Positions 20,830-31,285 are shown, counted from the stretch's first letter. The stretch: DNA of 64,000 nt from an uncultured Christensenellaceae bacterium (GCA_944381365.1 CALWKW010000002.1:64318-128317), one strand, 5' to 3'. Notes: a model not told the origin generated them from the letters alone. Made by a program: numbers and translations.

Positions 20830-21274
20830 TTTTTCTTCTGCTCCATTCAAAGCGATACTGAGCGATTTGTCATACTCTAAAAAAAGGTTTTTTAATTTGC
20901 TCATATTTTCCTTTCCCATGCTGTCAAAAGCCAAAGTCTCTGATTTGTCGAGTTTGCTCATAAATTGCAAATATTTTTTCTCTCCTTTTTCTGTCAAGAC
21001 AAATATCTTTTCTCTGCTCTCCTCTATTTGTATCCTGCGATAAAATTCCTTCTTTACGCAAAACGACAAATACATTATTAATAGTCTGTTTTGGCAAAAG
21101 ATAACTATCGCAAATCAGCTTTTGCGTGCAAAAACCATATTCTCTTATCGTGTAATACACAAGCATTTCATGATAACTTATACCATGAATGTTTGACCAC
21201 TGAGAATACATTCCTCTGAACTTAATGATAGCTCTGTTCAACTCATTGATAATATCCAATTTCTCTCTATCCAT
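20830..21274 (-). pseudogene. MarR-family regulator, frameshifted and running into the MATE start without a stop
   Basis: The N-terminal wHTH part lies in ORF 20924..21274 (YHEMLVYYTIREYGFCTQKLICDSYLLPKQTINNVFVVLRKEG). The C-terminal part continues in the frame of ORF 20428..21075 (REKIFVLTEKGEKKYLQFMSKLD). Confidence 0.65.
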
Positions 21275-21293
21275 ATTATATTTTACTCACTTA

Positions 21294-21311
21294 TAGTCCC
21301 ATTTGGGACTA
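21294..21311. promoter_or_regulatory. 18-bp palindrome TAGTCCCA-TT-TGGGACTA; candidate MarR operator
   Basis: Perfect 8-bp arms located 20 nt upstream of the marR-like start. Confidence 0.5.
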
Positions 21312-21578
21312 ATTATATATTTTTTTATAAGTTTGCCAATGCTATTTAAAAAATTTATTTAAAAACGCAATAAAAATTTATCTATAAAATAAATTGGAAA
21401 AAAATGACTTTAATTGATATATAAAAAAGTCATCCTTTAACTCAAAAAAGAAAAGATGACTTAATAGAATTTTTTATTTTTATACTATTTTTTGAAGACA
21501 GACGAGAGTCTCTACATGGCGCAAGACTACAAAAGGTCTCAAAAACGCCCGTTTTCAAAGGGTGAAACTATAAAAAAA

Positions 21579-21607
21579 TTGACAAACCGTGCGATGTATG
21601 TTATAAT
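21579..21607 (+). promoter_or_regulatory. perfect consensus sigma-A promoter with extended -10
   Basis: TTGACA, 17 nt, TGT-TATAAT, positioned 56 nt upstream of the lipoprotein ATG. Confidence 0.6.
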
Positions 21608-21662
21608 GTGCCTAATATCAGGTTGCCTTCTCGGAAGGAGAGGGCGGATAAGGAGGGCATGT

Positions 21663-22385
21663 ATGAAAAAAGTTGTAATTACCGCCATCGGCACGTTGAT
21701 GCTTTTTTCCGTGTTGCTGTTATCCGTCGGATGCGGGGGGAGATTAGTTAGTACCCCTTTGTATGGTAAGACGGTCACGTTCACGGGGAAAACCATGCCC
21801 GTCGATTGGGACGGGCAGACGAGTGCGGGATATGCCGACGGGGAGTCGGAAACTCCCGTCGGCGATCTGATCGAAAAGTATTTTGACGAGATCGATTGGG
21901 ACTTCACCAATGAATGCGATAACTACGATATTCTCGGAGGTTTGCAGGAAGAGGACAAGGCAAGCCCCGAAGCGTTCATGGCATATATCGATACCGTCGT
22001 GCAGGAGCGCGGCATCTATGCCGGGTGGGAAGGCGCGACGGTCGCCGTGGGGAGCAAGAGCGATGAGGTTGAAGTGGTCTTTTCTGCCCCCGACGGCAAG
22101 GAATATCGCTATATGTGCACCGATACTTCCCCGGATCGGGACGGAACGGTGCTGTCGAGCGAAATGCTGTCGGGCGAAAATTGGAGCGGCAACGCAAGTT
22201 TTGCGACTTCCTGGAACGGCGTAAGGGAGTATTTTTGTATGAGCGTTCCGGATATCGCTCCGCCCATGGGGATCAGTCTTCCCGTTTCCGTCATTTTGTA
22301 TGATTATGAAAGCGACGGCGCTGGCGGCGGGTCGGGGACCTCGCTGGTAGAGATCAGGATCCTGGCAGAAACCACAATCGAATGA
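21663..22385 (+). CDS. lipoprotein of unknown function, encoded in a GC-rich islet
   Basis: AGGAGGG RBS 5 nt before the ATG at 21663. Signal peptide MKKVVITAIGTLMLFSVLLLSVGC with lipobox L-S-V-G-C. GC content is far above the flanks. Confidence 0.75.
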   Translation: MKKVVITAIGTLMLFSVLLLSVGCGGRLVSTPLYGKTVTFTGKTMPVDWDGQTSAGYADGESETPVGDLIEKYFDEIDWDFTNECDNYDILGGLQEEDKASPEAFMAYIDTVVQERGIYAGWEGATVAVGSKSDEVEVVFSAPDGKEYRYMCTDTSPDRDGTVLSSEMLSGENWSGNASFATSWNGVREYFCMSVPDIAPPMGISLPVSVILYDYESDGAGGGSGTSLVEIRILAETTIE

Positions 22386-22557
22386 CGCGCCTGCTTCATC
22401 GGAACAGAACGACAATAAATCAGCCCGCGGATAACAGCTGATGGGCGAGGTCAATTCTAACGCCTTTTTCGGCACGTTCGAGCGTGTGACAAAAATCAAC
22501 TCTGCAAGGCGCTATGCGGAGTATATCGTTGCAGCCATGTCCGCACAATGAACATTT

Positions 22558-22589
22558 CAAAGGGGCTTCCTTCGAGGAGCCCTTTTTTT
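22558..22589. terminator. Rho-independent terminator shared by the GC-rich islet and the convergent rlmD-like gene
   Basis: GGGCT(T)CCT-TCG-AGGAGCCC followed by TTTTTTT (coordinates +/-2). Confidence 0.6.
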
Positions 22590-22609
22590 CTATGGTCGGC
22601 GGCTTTGCA

Positions 22610-23965
22610 TTATTTCCGTTCAAGACAAATTAGAGTTTCAACATGGCGGGTATTAGGAAACATGTCGTATGGGGTGACTGACTGTATTTTATACTTATCG
22701 CTCAAAATTTTCATATCCCTTGCCAATGTAGCAGGATTGCAGGATACATAAATAATTTTGGTAGGAAGAGATTTTAGCATGGCTTCAAGGACTTTGCCGT
22801 CACAACCTTTTCGAGGAGGATCTATCACAACAATGGATTTGTCGAGCGATGCTACTACTTTTGGCAATTCCTTTGCACAATCCCCGCAAATATTGATTAT
22901 TTTATTTTCATTGCCATTGACTTTTGCAAGCACTTTGGCATCTTCTATCGCTTCCGGCACTATCTCTATCGCATAGACTTTCTTTGCATACTTGGCAAAA
23001 ATATTGCTCATTATGCCTATACCGCTGTATGCGTCAATCACATTGTCTATTCCGCTTTCTTTTATGATTTCGCCTACTTTAGAATATATTTTATCCCTTA
23101 TAGAATCGTTTACTTGCATAAAGGATTTTAGAGATACAAAATACTTAATACCCAAAGCTTGACCTTCAAGTTTATCTTCGCCGTAAAGCGTAAAGACTTT
23201 ATCTCCGAGAATGACATTCGTGCGTTTTTCGTTTTGAGATATATACAATGAAAATGTATATCCTTTGTCTTCCAACATTTTGACAAAAACTTTGTATGAA
23301 GGCAATTCCTTGCCGTTTATTACAATGCATACTGCATACTTGTCGTCTACTTTTCTTATTACAAGATGTCTTACAAGACCTTTGTGAGATTTTTCGTCAT
23401 AACAAGACAACTTCGTCTTTTTCACAAAATCCAAAAAGCTTTCTATTATACATTGCATGCCTTTGTCGTTGAGAAGACACTCACCGCCTTTTCCCTGCCT
23501 GATAAAAGGCACAATATCGTGGCTGTCGGGAGCAAAAAAGCCTGCCACCACCTCGTCTTTTATTCTGGTTACGGGAAGCTGAATTTTATTGCGATAGCCT
23601 ACTATGTTTTCGCAAGCTACGACTTCGTCCACATCGCAGTCAATTCTCAATTCTTTGTCAATGCAATTCTTTACGATATCTCTTTTTATTTCAAGCTGAT
23701 GATTATAAGCAATATGAAGCATTTCACAGCCGCCGCACTTAAAGCATATTTTGCACAAAGGCACTACTCTGTAAGGCGAAGGTTTGATAAGCTTTATGAC
23801 TTTTGCAAGAGCAAAAGCCTTTTTTATCTGCGTAATCTCTATCATTGCTTTTTCATTTTCCATGACGCAAGGAACAAAGACGACTCTGCCGTCAATTCTC
23901 GCAATTCCCTCGCCGTTCATACCGCAGGATAAAATCTCAACTTCGTATTTTTCGCCTATATTCAT
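22610..23965 (-). CDS. 23S rRNA (uracil-C5)-methyltransferase, RlmD/RumA family
   Basis: TRAM-like N-terminus, Fe-S cysteine cluster CKICFKCGGC, SAM-MTase motifs (DAYSGIG, VVIDPPRKG), and C-terminal VSCNPATLARD. GGAGG RBS precedes the ATG at 23965. Confidence 0.85.
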   Translation of the reverse strand: MNIGEKYEVEILSCGMNGEGIARIDGRVVFVPCVMENEKAMIEITQIKKAFALAKVIKLIKPSPYRVVPLCKICFKCGGCEMLHIAYNHQLEIKRDIVKNCIDKELRIDCDVDEVVACENIVGYRNKIQLPVTRIKDEVVAGFFAPDSHDIVPFIRQGKGGECLLNDKGMQCIIESFLDFVKKTKLSCYDEKSHKGLVRHLVIRKVDDKYAVCIVINGKELPSYKVFVKMLEDKGYTFSLYISQNEKRTNVILGDKVFTLYGEDKLEGQALGIKYFVSLKSFMQVNDSIRDKIYSKVGEIIKESGIDNVIDAYSGIGIMSNIFAKYAKKVYAIEIVPEAIEDAKVLAKVNGNENKIINICGDCAKELPKVVASLDKSIVVIDPPRKGCDGKVLEAMLKSLPTKIIYVSCNPATLARDMKILSDKYKIQSVTPYDMFPNTRHVETLICLERK

Positions 23966-24060
23966 ATTGCCTCCGCTATTTGTTTTGAATATATAATGAA
24001 AGCCAAAATTTGTCAAGAGTATATATCAAATTTTTTCTCATGCTAACTATGGAGGTAATT

Positions 24061-24189
24061 ATGAAAAAAACAGATAAAAACAAAAAATCAAAACAAACAA
24101 AATCTTCATCAAAACAAAACCCTAGCAAAATGCGTGAGATTGACAAGCAAAATATGATTATGGCTTTAAAAGACGCATACAATGAATAA
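24061..24189 (+). CDS. possible 42-aa lysine-rich small protein
   Basis: Below the track cutoff. GGAGG sits 5 nt upstream of the ATG. My translation is MKKTDKNKKSKQTKSSSKQNPSKMREIDKQNMIMALKDAYNE. Confidence 0.35.
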   Translation: MKKTDKNKKSKQTKSSSKQNPSKMREIDKQNMIMALKDAYNE

Positions 24190-24316
24190 TTTCGCTTATA
24201 AATTATTTATTTGATATGATTCTTTATAAAGTATTAAAATAAATATTTTGCAAAAAAACGATGTCGCAGATTTCTCTGCGACATCTCAACTTTGAACTAT
24301 ACAATCGTATAGCTTT

Positions 24317-24718
24317 TTACTTTTTGGGAGCGATGCCTTTTTCTTGCATCATAAGGCTTATTACCTCACATACTTTCTTTACGCACAACTCGGATTTTAC
24401 GGGAATCATAGCAGGAACTTCGCTGTATGCCTTTGAAGAAGACATGTCTCTGAAATGAAGTTTTTTGCTTACTACTTCTTCCTTGTTTGCATCAATAGCA
24501 AGATATATCTTCAAAGTCTTTCCGCCGATTGCCATTTTGCAAAGAAGCTCACGACCTACTCGGTAGCTGTCACATCTGTTGCTCAATCTGCTTTTGACCT
24601 TTTTGAAAGATAGTAAATAATCCTTAAGCTGATTATAGTAAAGCTTTGCATCATCGCTCAACTCTGCTATTCTCGCCTCAAAACTTGCTCTTTGCTCTTC
24701 CAAAATTTTTACCTCCAA
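24317..24718 (-). CDS. hypothetical protein, 133 aa
   Basis: Clean ORF with a GGAGG-like RBS. No domain recognised. Confidence 0.55.
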   Translation of the reverse strand: MEVKILEEQRASFEARIAELSDDAKLYYNQLKDYLLSFKKVKSRLSNRCDSYRVGRELLCKMAIGGKTLKIYLAIDANKEEVVSKKLHFRDMSSSKAYSEVPAMIPVKSELCVKKVCEVISLMMQEKGIAPKK

Positions 24719-24864
24719 CTCTTATCGGATTGTCAATGATAATATTATAATAAATATGTCTTATTTTGTCAACACTAAAAATTATATAATTTTAATTTTT
24801 TTTAAGATTGGAATATAAGTATTACAATACTATAAAGAGTCCTTTTATATTATCATATAAATGA

Positions 24865-25122
24865 TTATTTATTATCAGAGTTCTCGATTTCTTTCAATGC
24901 TTTTGCCAGCTGATCAGGACAAGATGTGGATTTGAAACCGCATTTGATGCCTTCGAGTCTTTTTATGACTTCATCAACCTTCATACCCTCAACCAATTTA
25001 CCTATGCCTTTGAGATTTCCGTTGCAACCTCCCTCATAACTTACATTCTTGAGCACTCCGTCTTCGATATCAAAATTAATACTTCTTGAGCATACACCGC
25101 TTGTTTTGTATGTATAATTCAT
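24865..25122 (-). CDS. TSCPD-domain protein (TIGR03905-like), 85 aa
   Basis: GVCSRSINFDIEDGVLKNVSYEGGCNGNLKGI...CGFKSTSCPDQL. Confidence 0.8.
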   Translation of the reverse strand: MNYTYKTSGVCSRSINFDIEDGVLKNVSYEGGCNGNLKGIGKLVEGMKVDEVIKRLEGIKCGFKSTSCPDQLAKALKEIENSDNK

Positions 25123-25196
25123 ATTTACCTCGCTTTTGAACTTGATTTATTCTATCAAAATAACAATAATGTATTATATATTTATTATTGATTTTA

Positions 25197-26108
25197 TTAT
25201 TTTGTCTTGTAAAGGTCGTATTCGGGATAAATCTCGTCTATATATTTCAAAATATCCTCTCTTTTGCCCTTATAAGGACCGGGGGCTTCCATCTTTGTGG
25301 ATACAGTAGCAGTCGCCCAAAGCAAAGCTTTTTGCATATTTTCTTTTTGTCTTTCTGTAATATATGCTGCAAATGTTGTATCTCCTCTTCCGCTTCTGCC
25401 GGAGAGGTTTCTCGCTCTTATAGGACAAGTGTACAATTCTTTTCCGTCATAAGCCAAAACTTCTGCCGAATTTGTGATTACAACTTCTTTTGCTCCCCAT
25501 TCGTGCAACATTTTTGCAGCCACTATTCTGTCTGTCTGGCCTGTCAATATTTCTGCCTCGGCAGTATCTGTCTTGAGATAATCCACATAAGGCAAAATCT
25601 CTTTTTTATCCTTCCAATCCTCAAAATACATTCTGCCTGTCGATCTGTCGGCATGTCTTAAAAGTGCCTGTACATCGACAGCTATTTTTCCTCTTTTTGA
25701 CAACTCTATCATAAGATCTCCCGTAAAGTCGCCGTATATAAGTCCTGCAAAATGATATACATCGCAATCCACATCGGGGATATCTTCGAGTTTGAAGCTG
25801 TCGCCTTGACCTATACAAGTACAAGTACGGCGTTCTTTGTCGGCTGTATGATATTTGTTGCGAATAGATGTGGATTCCTTCGAAGGGATATAAAAAATAT
25901 CTTCCTTGGGAATGACAAATGTATTGAGTCTGTCTTTGTCTTCGGGTGCCACTTTGGTGACAACTCCTACCTTATATCCTCCTGCATACGCAGCAGCAGA
26001 CGAATATATTACCGCACCGCCTACTTCTATTATCTGATTGTCAAGATAGTCGATATTGTAATCGAGAGAGATATGACCGATGGTCAATGTGTCATAATGC
26101 TTTTTCAT
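25197..26108 (-). CDS. PfkB-family carbohydrate/nucleoside kinase
   Basis: N-terminal GHISLDY, and a C-terminal GRGDTTFAAY anion-hole/ATP motif. Start taken at MKKHYDTLTIG. Confidence 0.8.
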   Translation of the reverse strand: MKKHYDTLTIGHISLDYNIDYLDNQIIEVGGAVIYSSAAAYAGGYKVGVVTKVAPEDKDRLNTFVIPKEDIFYIPSKESTSIRNKYHTADKERRTCTCIGQGDSFKLEDIPDVDCDVYHFAGLIYGDFTGDLMIELSKRGKIAVDVQALLRHADRSTGRMYFEDWKDKKEILPYVDYLKTDTAEAEILTGQTDRIVAAKMLHEWGAKEVVITNSAEVLAYDGKELYTCPIRARNLSGRSGRGDTTFAAYITERQKENMQKALLWATATVSTKMEAPGPYKGKREDILKYIDEIYPEYDLYKTK

Positions 26109-26245
26109 AAATACTCCTTTCACTTCCAAAATCTGACAATGCCTGTGTAATAACACAGGCATGATCTACGAATAATATTATATAACCAAATTTATAAATT
26201 GTCCAATACTTTTATAAAATATTTAGATATTAAAAGACTATCAAA

Positions 26246-29200
26246 TTAAAATCTTTCCATAGCTTTTGTGATATTGAAAGTCATCATACCCTTTCCGTCT
26301 ACGGCAGTATTGGTATTGTCATTGGGTCTTATAATTATACTGTTGCTCTTTATTACATCATCGAGCGTAAGCTGCATCTGTCCATAACCTTCATAGGTAT
26401 AATTAAGAAGTACCGTGCTAAGCAAATCCGACTTCATACTATCGAGTTTTTCCTTGGAAAGACAGCTATCGGGTGTTTCACCTTGGTTTTTGCTGATAAT
26501 GCTTTCGAGTGTTTTTTCTTGCTGGCTGTCAAGCTTGTTGTATGTGATATGAATATCACTTGTGTCTGAAGACAAATCCACGCAGAATGTAGTATAGATA
26601 TGCTGAGGCAAGATTGTAATTTCTTCAGACGATGTCGTATTACCCACAATGTCTTTGCTCGATATTTTGAAGGTAATTACAAAATATTCTTTTGTATCAT
26701 CCAATCTGAATTCATCTCTCAATATAGCGAAATCATTTTGAGAATCATTTGCCAGCATAGGTATGAATGCTGTCTGCTCAGCCGATGTAACATTGAATGA
26801 TTGACCAATCTTGGACATATCGAGTTTTGACATCAAATTGCCTTCGCCGATAGCTCCCTCTACGGTAGCACTCATATCGATGATATTGCCTTCTATAAAT
26901 ATATTATAATTGTTTTTCTGACTCTCGTCTGCCGTATCCGTAATATTTGTAGCTCCTTCTGTATAGCCGTTGAGCTCGAAGTTAGCAAACAATGCTTTCA
27001 ATACCGATTGCAAATCAGATGGAGTAATCTCATTGTCCTGAGTAGACAATTTCTTGGATGCTACTTCATATATGCTTTCCAAACTGATTTGTCCGGGTGT
27101 TGTGCTCTGAACTCCTTCAGTTTCTGAAGTAATGCCTTCTGTAAGTGTAAGCTGCATATTATTTGTCAATTCACTCATAGTTTTCTTTACGCTTTCAGAA
27201 CACTGGCTGTTTACTTCATTGATATCCATAGGCGATGTGGAGCCGTCAGGCTGTTTTTCGTCCGTGACTTTTTTCATCAACGCATTGATCGCAAACATTT
27301 CGCTTGTCGTGAGGTCATTGACATATATGTTGGTGCATATCTCTGCACTCAATTTATTCATGTCCACCAATACCAAAAGTGCAAGCTTGTCAGGCATAAG
27401 CTCCTGATATTTTGCGTCTACTATGCTCTTGTCGAGAGGACTGTTGAATACAAGCAACAATTCTCCTTTGTCCGCTGTCATAGCACTCGAGCTTCTTGTG
27501 ATATACAATCCCGTCATCTTGGCATTTTCGTATCCCTTTGCCGTGATTGTTATGCTGTTTTCAAGCATGACGAGCATTTCACTTCCGTCAATTACAGGCT
27601 TTAATTCATTGAAAGACAATGCTGTGTTTGCCATTGCCTGACCGTTTATCGAAGTGGCATAGCTTGTTGCCTTTGCCGAAATGGAGTCAAACACATTGCC
27701 TTTTGTGATATCATAACTCAATTTGTGAGAATCATTGAGGAAATATTTGTTGTTTATTTCATCGATAGCATTGTTGGCATTTTCTGCTTTGTTTCCGACA
27801 AGAAGGTCTATTACAAAATCCTTTCTGTCTGAAGATGTATATATGGTCGAATCAGGCATATTGTTGATTTTACAAATAGCGTTTCTAAAATCGTTTTCGC
27901 TGGGAATTTCACTCTCATCGGGCTCGCTGCCGTCTTCGGTCTTGTAAAGTTCGTTGATGACGATTTCATATATCGTCTGGTTTACTCTAAAACCGCCGTC
28001 TTCGAGGAATGTCACAGTATAGACATCATTGTGAATTTGATTTTTAAGACAAACCGTCTTTACCGTCACTCCGTCTTCTTCATAGATATCCTCGTTTAGA
28101 CCTTCTTCAATCTTTTTCTTTGTGCTCTCTGTGGTCATCTCCTCTTGCTCTAAATCGCTGCCTCTCGATATTCTCGAAATAAACAACAAAAGCAAGTCGA
28201 GTCTGTTCATAGAAGCCGATTGACTCATATCGCCTATATCGTTGACTTTGAGACTATTGACAAGCAAATCGTCTCTTGTTCCGTCAGCATTAATTTCGCC
28301 GAGATTGAGTATTATATTGACATTTATTTTTTCAGGCAACAACGAATTGATGCTTTGATCTTCGATGTTTCCCTTGCCCTCAACGATAAGACTCATTTCG
28401 TCAGTATTGTTGTAGGCATAAATTACTTTGAGATCTTTTAAGAATGAAAGGCTGCTAAGTATTTGCGATTGAGTATTGATAAGATATGCTATCTCTTCAA
28501 TCATAAATACGGGCTTGAATTTTTCTGTGATATACTGCTCGTTGTAGACGGGAGTAATATTGTTTTTGGACATAATGCCGTCTATGATTTCAAAACCGCC
28601 GTCAGGCAATTCTATCGTCTTGTCCTTTAATCTTACTTTGTCCGTACCGAAATTCACACCCACACCCTTTTTGAGGACATCGAGGAATGTTTCGTTTGCC
28701 TGCGAATCAATAAGTTCTTGCTTAAATGAATCGCTTATGAAAAATTTGTTATAAAGTTCATCTATAAAATTAGAAATATTGTCAGCGGGCACAAAACTTC
28801 CGTCATCCACATATTCATAGTCATAAAGACCTTTCATAAGCTCCCATACTTCTCCGTCCGTGATAATATGTTCGCCTTCCTCGAGATTGCCGTTGACTTT
28901 TTCGTTGGCACTTACAAGCTCGAATACATTGGGAAGATATGCCCCTTCTTCTTCAAAAATGATATCGCAATTCAATGCGTCTTTTATCTTTTGAAGTCCT
29001 TGTCTTACACCGCTGTCAATCTGCTGACAAATCTTGTCATAATCTATATTTTCCACATTCATGCCGAAAGAATTGGCAAGAGCCGTCAAAGTAGCAAGAT
29101 GTTCTTTTGACTTCTCCACTCCCACTTTGTTGACATCCATAGTGGTGACGATATTGAGATTTTCATCAAGACATATATTGGCTTTGACAAATATCTCCTC

Positions 29201-30904
29201 AGGCACAAGCTGATTTATAAGATTTGCCATAGCACCGCTTTGCTCGATTCCTAGCATCTCAGATACTTTGACTTTGATTTCTACTCCGAGTATAGACTTT
29301 GATTTGTCGTATGTCATGTTGATAAATTCCGCTTTGATATTGCCAAGCATATTTTCGTCATTGACATACTTTGTGAGCATATTCGCAAGTGCTACATAAC
29401 TTGTTTTCGCTCTGTAATACACATTAGAATATTCATTTGTATATTGCATATTCTTTATCTGAATATTCTGCAAGAAATTTTGACTGCTTGCGAGATTTAC
29501 CACATCGGATATTGTGTTTGTAGTAGTGATAATGTTTTGTGAATTGTCAATGCAATATTTGTCTACCAAATCATTGACAAATGTAGTTGTTTCCTGCTCT
29601 TTTCTCTCGGGAGTATAGATATCATAACCCAATGATTCTTCAGTGGGAAGTTTGATATCTCTCATCATATACAAAAATGCTTGTTCGCTGATATCCACTT
29701 TGAGAGTTTTCATCAAAGTTTCGATAGGATACATATCCACACTTCCCGAGTTGACGAAACTGAGAGGTATTTTTTCTTGAGCTTTTTCGAGCACCTCTAC
29801 TACTTTTGTATTAACTTTAACAAGCATATCGTGAATATTGAACTCTACTTTTGCTTTTTGCAAAACTACATCGACAATGCTCACTATTTTATCCACATTG
29901 ACTTCGCTAAGCTGATTCAACGAAGCCTGAACAGCCTTTGTATTGTCAAAAGGATATACAATAACCGTAGCATAAAGATGCTTGGGTATGAGATTTTTCA
30001 AAAACGGAGGCAATCCCTTGTCATCGATAGTCTTTGACAAAGCGTCTCTTGCATTAAGACCTACTGTGAGTTTGAGCTGAACATCCTGAGGTTTTGTAAT
30101 ATCGCTGTTGATGATAATCTGCTTGACCTCAATCAATTCTTCTAAAGGTTTGCCAAGCTTTTCTTCTACACTGTTTATCTGAGGGAATATATCGCTAAGC
30201 GAGCCGTAAATCTCATCTATCACAGCAGCAAGCTGCTTGTCAGAAATCTCTAAAATATTCTTTTCGCCTTTGTAGTTTTCCAGGGAAGAAAAATCAAACT
30301 CGAGCTCTTGCAAAAAAGCATCAAGAGCCTCATTTCCCGTGCTTCCGGGATTTGTATTTTCGTCTTGAGATGTATCTTGATTTTCGTCTGCCAAAGCGAT
30401 TTCACTCTCTACCACTCTGCCGTCAGAATAAGTATATACATATCTTAGGTCATAGCCGTCTGTGCCAACGGTACTTACTTGAGGTTCTGACGAATCTTCT
30501 GTGGTAGTCTCGCTATTTCCGAAAATGCCGCTCAAAAGCTTTGTAATATCCAAATCATAGTCTGCTGAAAGATACAACTTGTTTTTAATATTGGTATAAA
30601 AAATTTCGAGGTCGTCTTCAGAATATTTGTTGACTACGATTTTGCTCTCGTCTGTCTTGCTTACGCCGTTGAGAATGCCAAACAATTCGTTGAAAGCTAC
30701 ACCCGATTCTTCGCCAATCTCCTTGTTCCAATAATATTCTGCAATTTTATATCCGCCGAAAGCAAGTCCGAATATGCCTGCCAAAAAAACAACCACGCAT
30801 ATACATGCAATGATAGCACCCGTCTTCTTGTTTATTCTGTTGTGACGGATAGCTCTCTCGTTTCTTTCTATATCAACCTTTCTGACCTGTTTTTTCTTTG
30901 CCAT
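26246..30904 (-). CDS. 1552-aa membrane-anchored protein of unknown function
   Basis: Basic N-terminus and a single TM helix (GAIIACICVVVFLAGIFGLAFGG), then about 1480 aa with no repeats or motifs I recognise. Single uninterrupted ORF. Confidence 0.8.
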   Translation of the reverse strand: MAKKKQVRKVDIERNERAIRHNRINKKTGAIIACICVVVFLAGIFGLAFGGYKIAEYYWNKEIGEESGVAFNELFGILNGVSKTDESKIVVNKYSEDDLEIFYTNIKNKLYLSADYDLDITKLLSGIFGNSETTTEDSSEPQVSTVGTDGYDLRYVYTYSDGRVVESEIALADENQDTSQDENTNPGSTGNEALDAFLQELEFDFSSLENYKGEKNILEISDKQLAAVIDEIYGSLSDIFPQINSVEEKLGKPLEELIEVKQIIINSDITKPQDVQLKLTVGLNARDALSKTIDDKGLPPFLKNLIPKHLYATVIVYPFDNTKAVQASLNQLSEVNVDKIVSIVDVVLQKAKVEFNIHDMLVKVNTKVVEVLEKAQEKIPLSFVNSGSVDMYPIETLMKTLKVDISEQAFLYMMRDIKLPTEESLGYDIYTPERKEQETTTFVNDLVDKYCIDNSQNIITTTNTISDVVNLASSQNFLQNIQIKNMQYTNEYSNVYYRAKTSYVALANMLTKYVNDENMLGNIKAEFINMTYDKSKSILGVEIKVKVSEMLGIEQSGAMANLINQLVPEEIFVKANICLDENLNIVTTMDVNKVGVEKSKEHLATLTALANSFGMNVENIDYDKICQQIDSGVRQGLQKIKDALNCDIIFEEEGAYLPNVFELVSANEKVNGNLEEGEHIITDGEVWELMKGLYDYEYVDDGSFVPADNISNFIDELYNKFFISDSFKQELIDSQANETFLDVLKKGVGVNFGTDKVRLKDKTIELPDGGFEIIDGIMSKNNITPVYNEQYITEKFKPVFMIEEIAYLINTQSQILSSLSFLKDLKVIYAYNNTDEMSLIVEGKGNIEDQSINSLLPEKINVNIILNLGEINADGTRDDLLVNSLKVNDIGDMSQSASMNRLDLLLLFISRISRGSDLEQEEMTTESTKKKIEEGLNEDIYEEDGVTVKTVCLKNQIHNDVYTVTFLEDGGFRVNQTIYEIVINELYKTEDGSEPDESEIPSENDFRNAICKINNMPDSTIYTSSDRKDFVIDLLVGNKAENANNAIDEINNKYFLNDSHKLSYDITKGNVFDSISAKATSYATSINGQAMANTALSFNELKPVIDGSEMLVMLENSITITAKGYENAKMTGLYITRSSSAMTADKGELLLVFNSPLDKSIVDAKYQELMPDKLALLVLVDMNKLSAEICTNIYVNDLTTSEMFAINALMKKVTDEKQPDGSTSPMDINEVNSQCSESVKKTMSELTNNMQLTLTEGITSETEGVQSTTPGQISLESIYEVASKKLSTQDNEITPSDLQSVLKALFANFELNGYTEGATNITDTADESQKNNYNIFIEGNIIDMSATVEGAIGEGNLMSKLDMSKIGQSFNVTSAEQTAFIPMLANDSQNDFAILRDEFRLDDTKEYFVITFKISSKDIVGNTTSSEEITILPQHIYTTFCVDLSSDTSDIHITYNKLDSQQEKTLESIISKNQGETPDSCLSKEKLDSMKSDLLSTVLLNYTYEGYGQMQLTLDDVIKSNSIIIRPNDNTNTAVDGKGMMTFNITKAMERF

Positions 30905-31285
30905 ATTTTTCTCCCGATAAAATACGATAAATTATTCTGATATACAATTTCTATAATTTTGTTTCGACCATTATATTTTTATGTGTTATGGATACGATTA
31001 TCCATATATCGCACACTTATTTATTGTATTATAGCACATAAAAAACTTTTTGTATAGTAATGTAATTTTATAATAAATACTTTATTTATATTTTGCAAGC
31101 TTTTTTGACTCAATTGTTATTGACAAAATCTTCCTCTTGAAGATTGTACGACTTTGGGAGAATTTTTTGGGTATATATGTCGATAAATAGTCGGTTTTTA
31201 GCTCAAAATTCTTCGCTACTCCTACAATATTGGCAAAAGACTTGCAAAAAACTTGATTTTGATATATAATATGAATTAACAAATT

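Noticed and set aside
21744-22499. 251-aa minus-strand ORF plus several 60-120-aa ORFs overlapping the GC-rich lipoprotein gene
   Set aside because: These are shadow ORFs. The + strand gene has a perfect promoter, an RBS and a lipobox.
22420-22623. 67-aa minus-strand ORF in the spacer after the lipoprotein gene
   Set aside because: It overlaps the terminator hairpin and the rlmD-like stop region, and has no RBS. A 36-codon + strand ORF (22441-22551) is also too weak to call.
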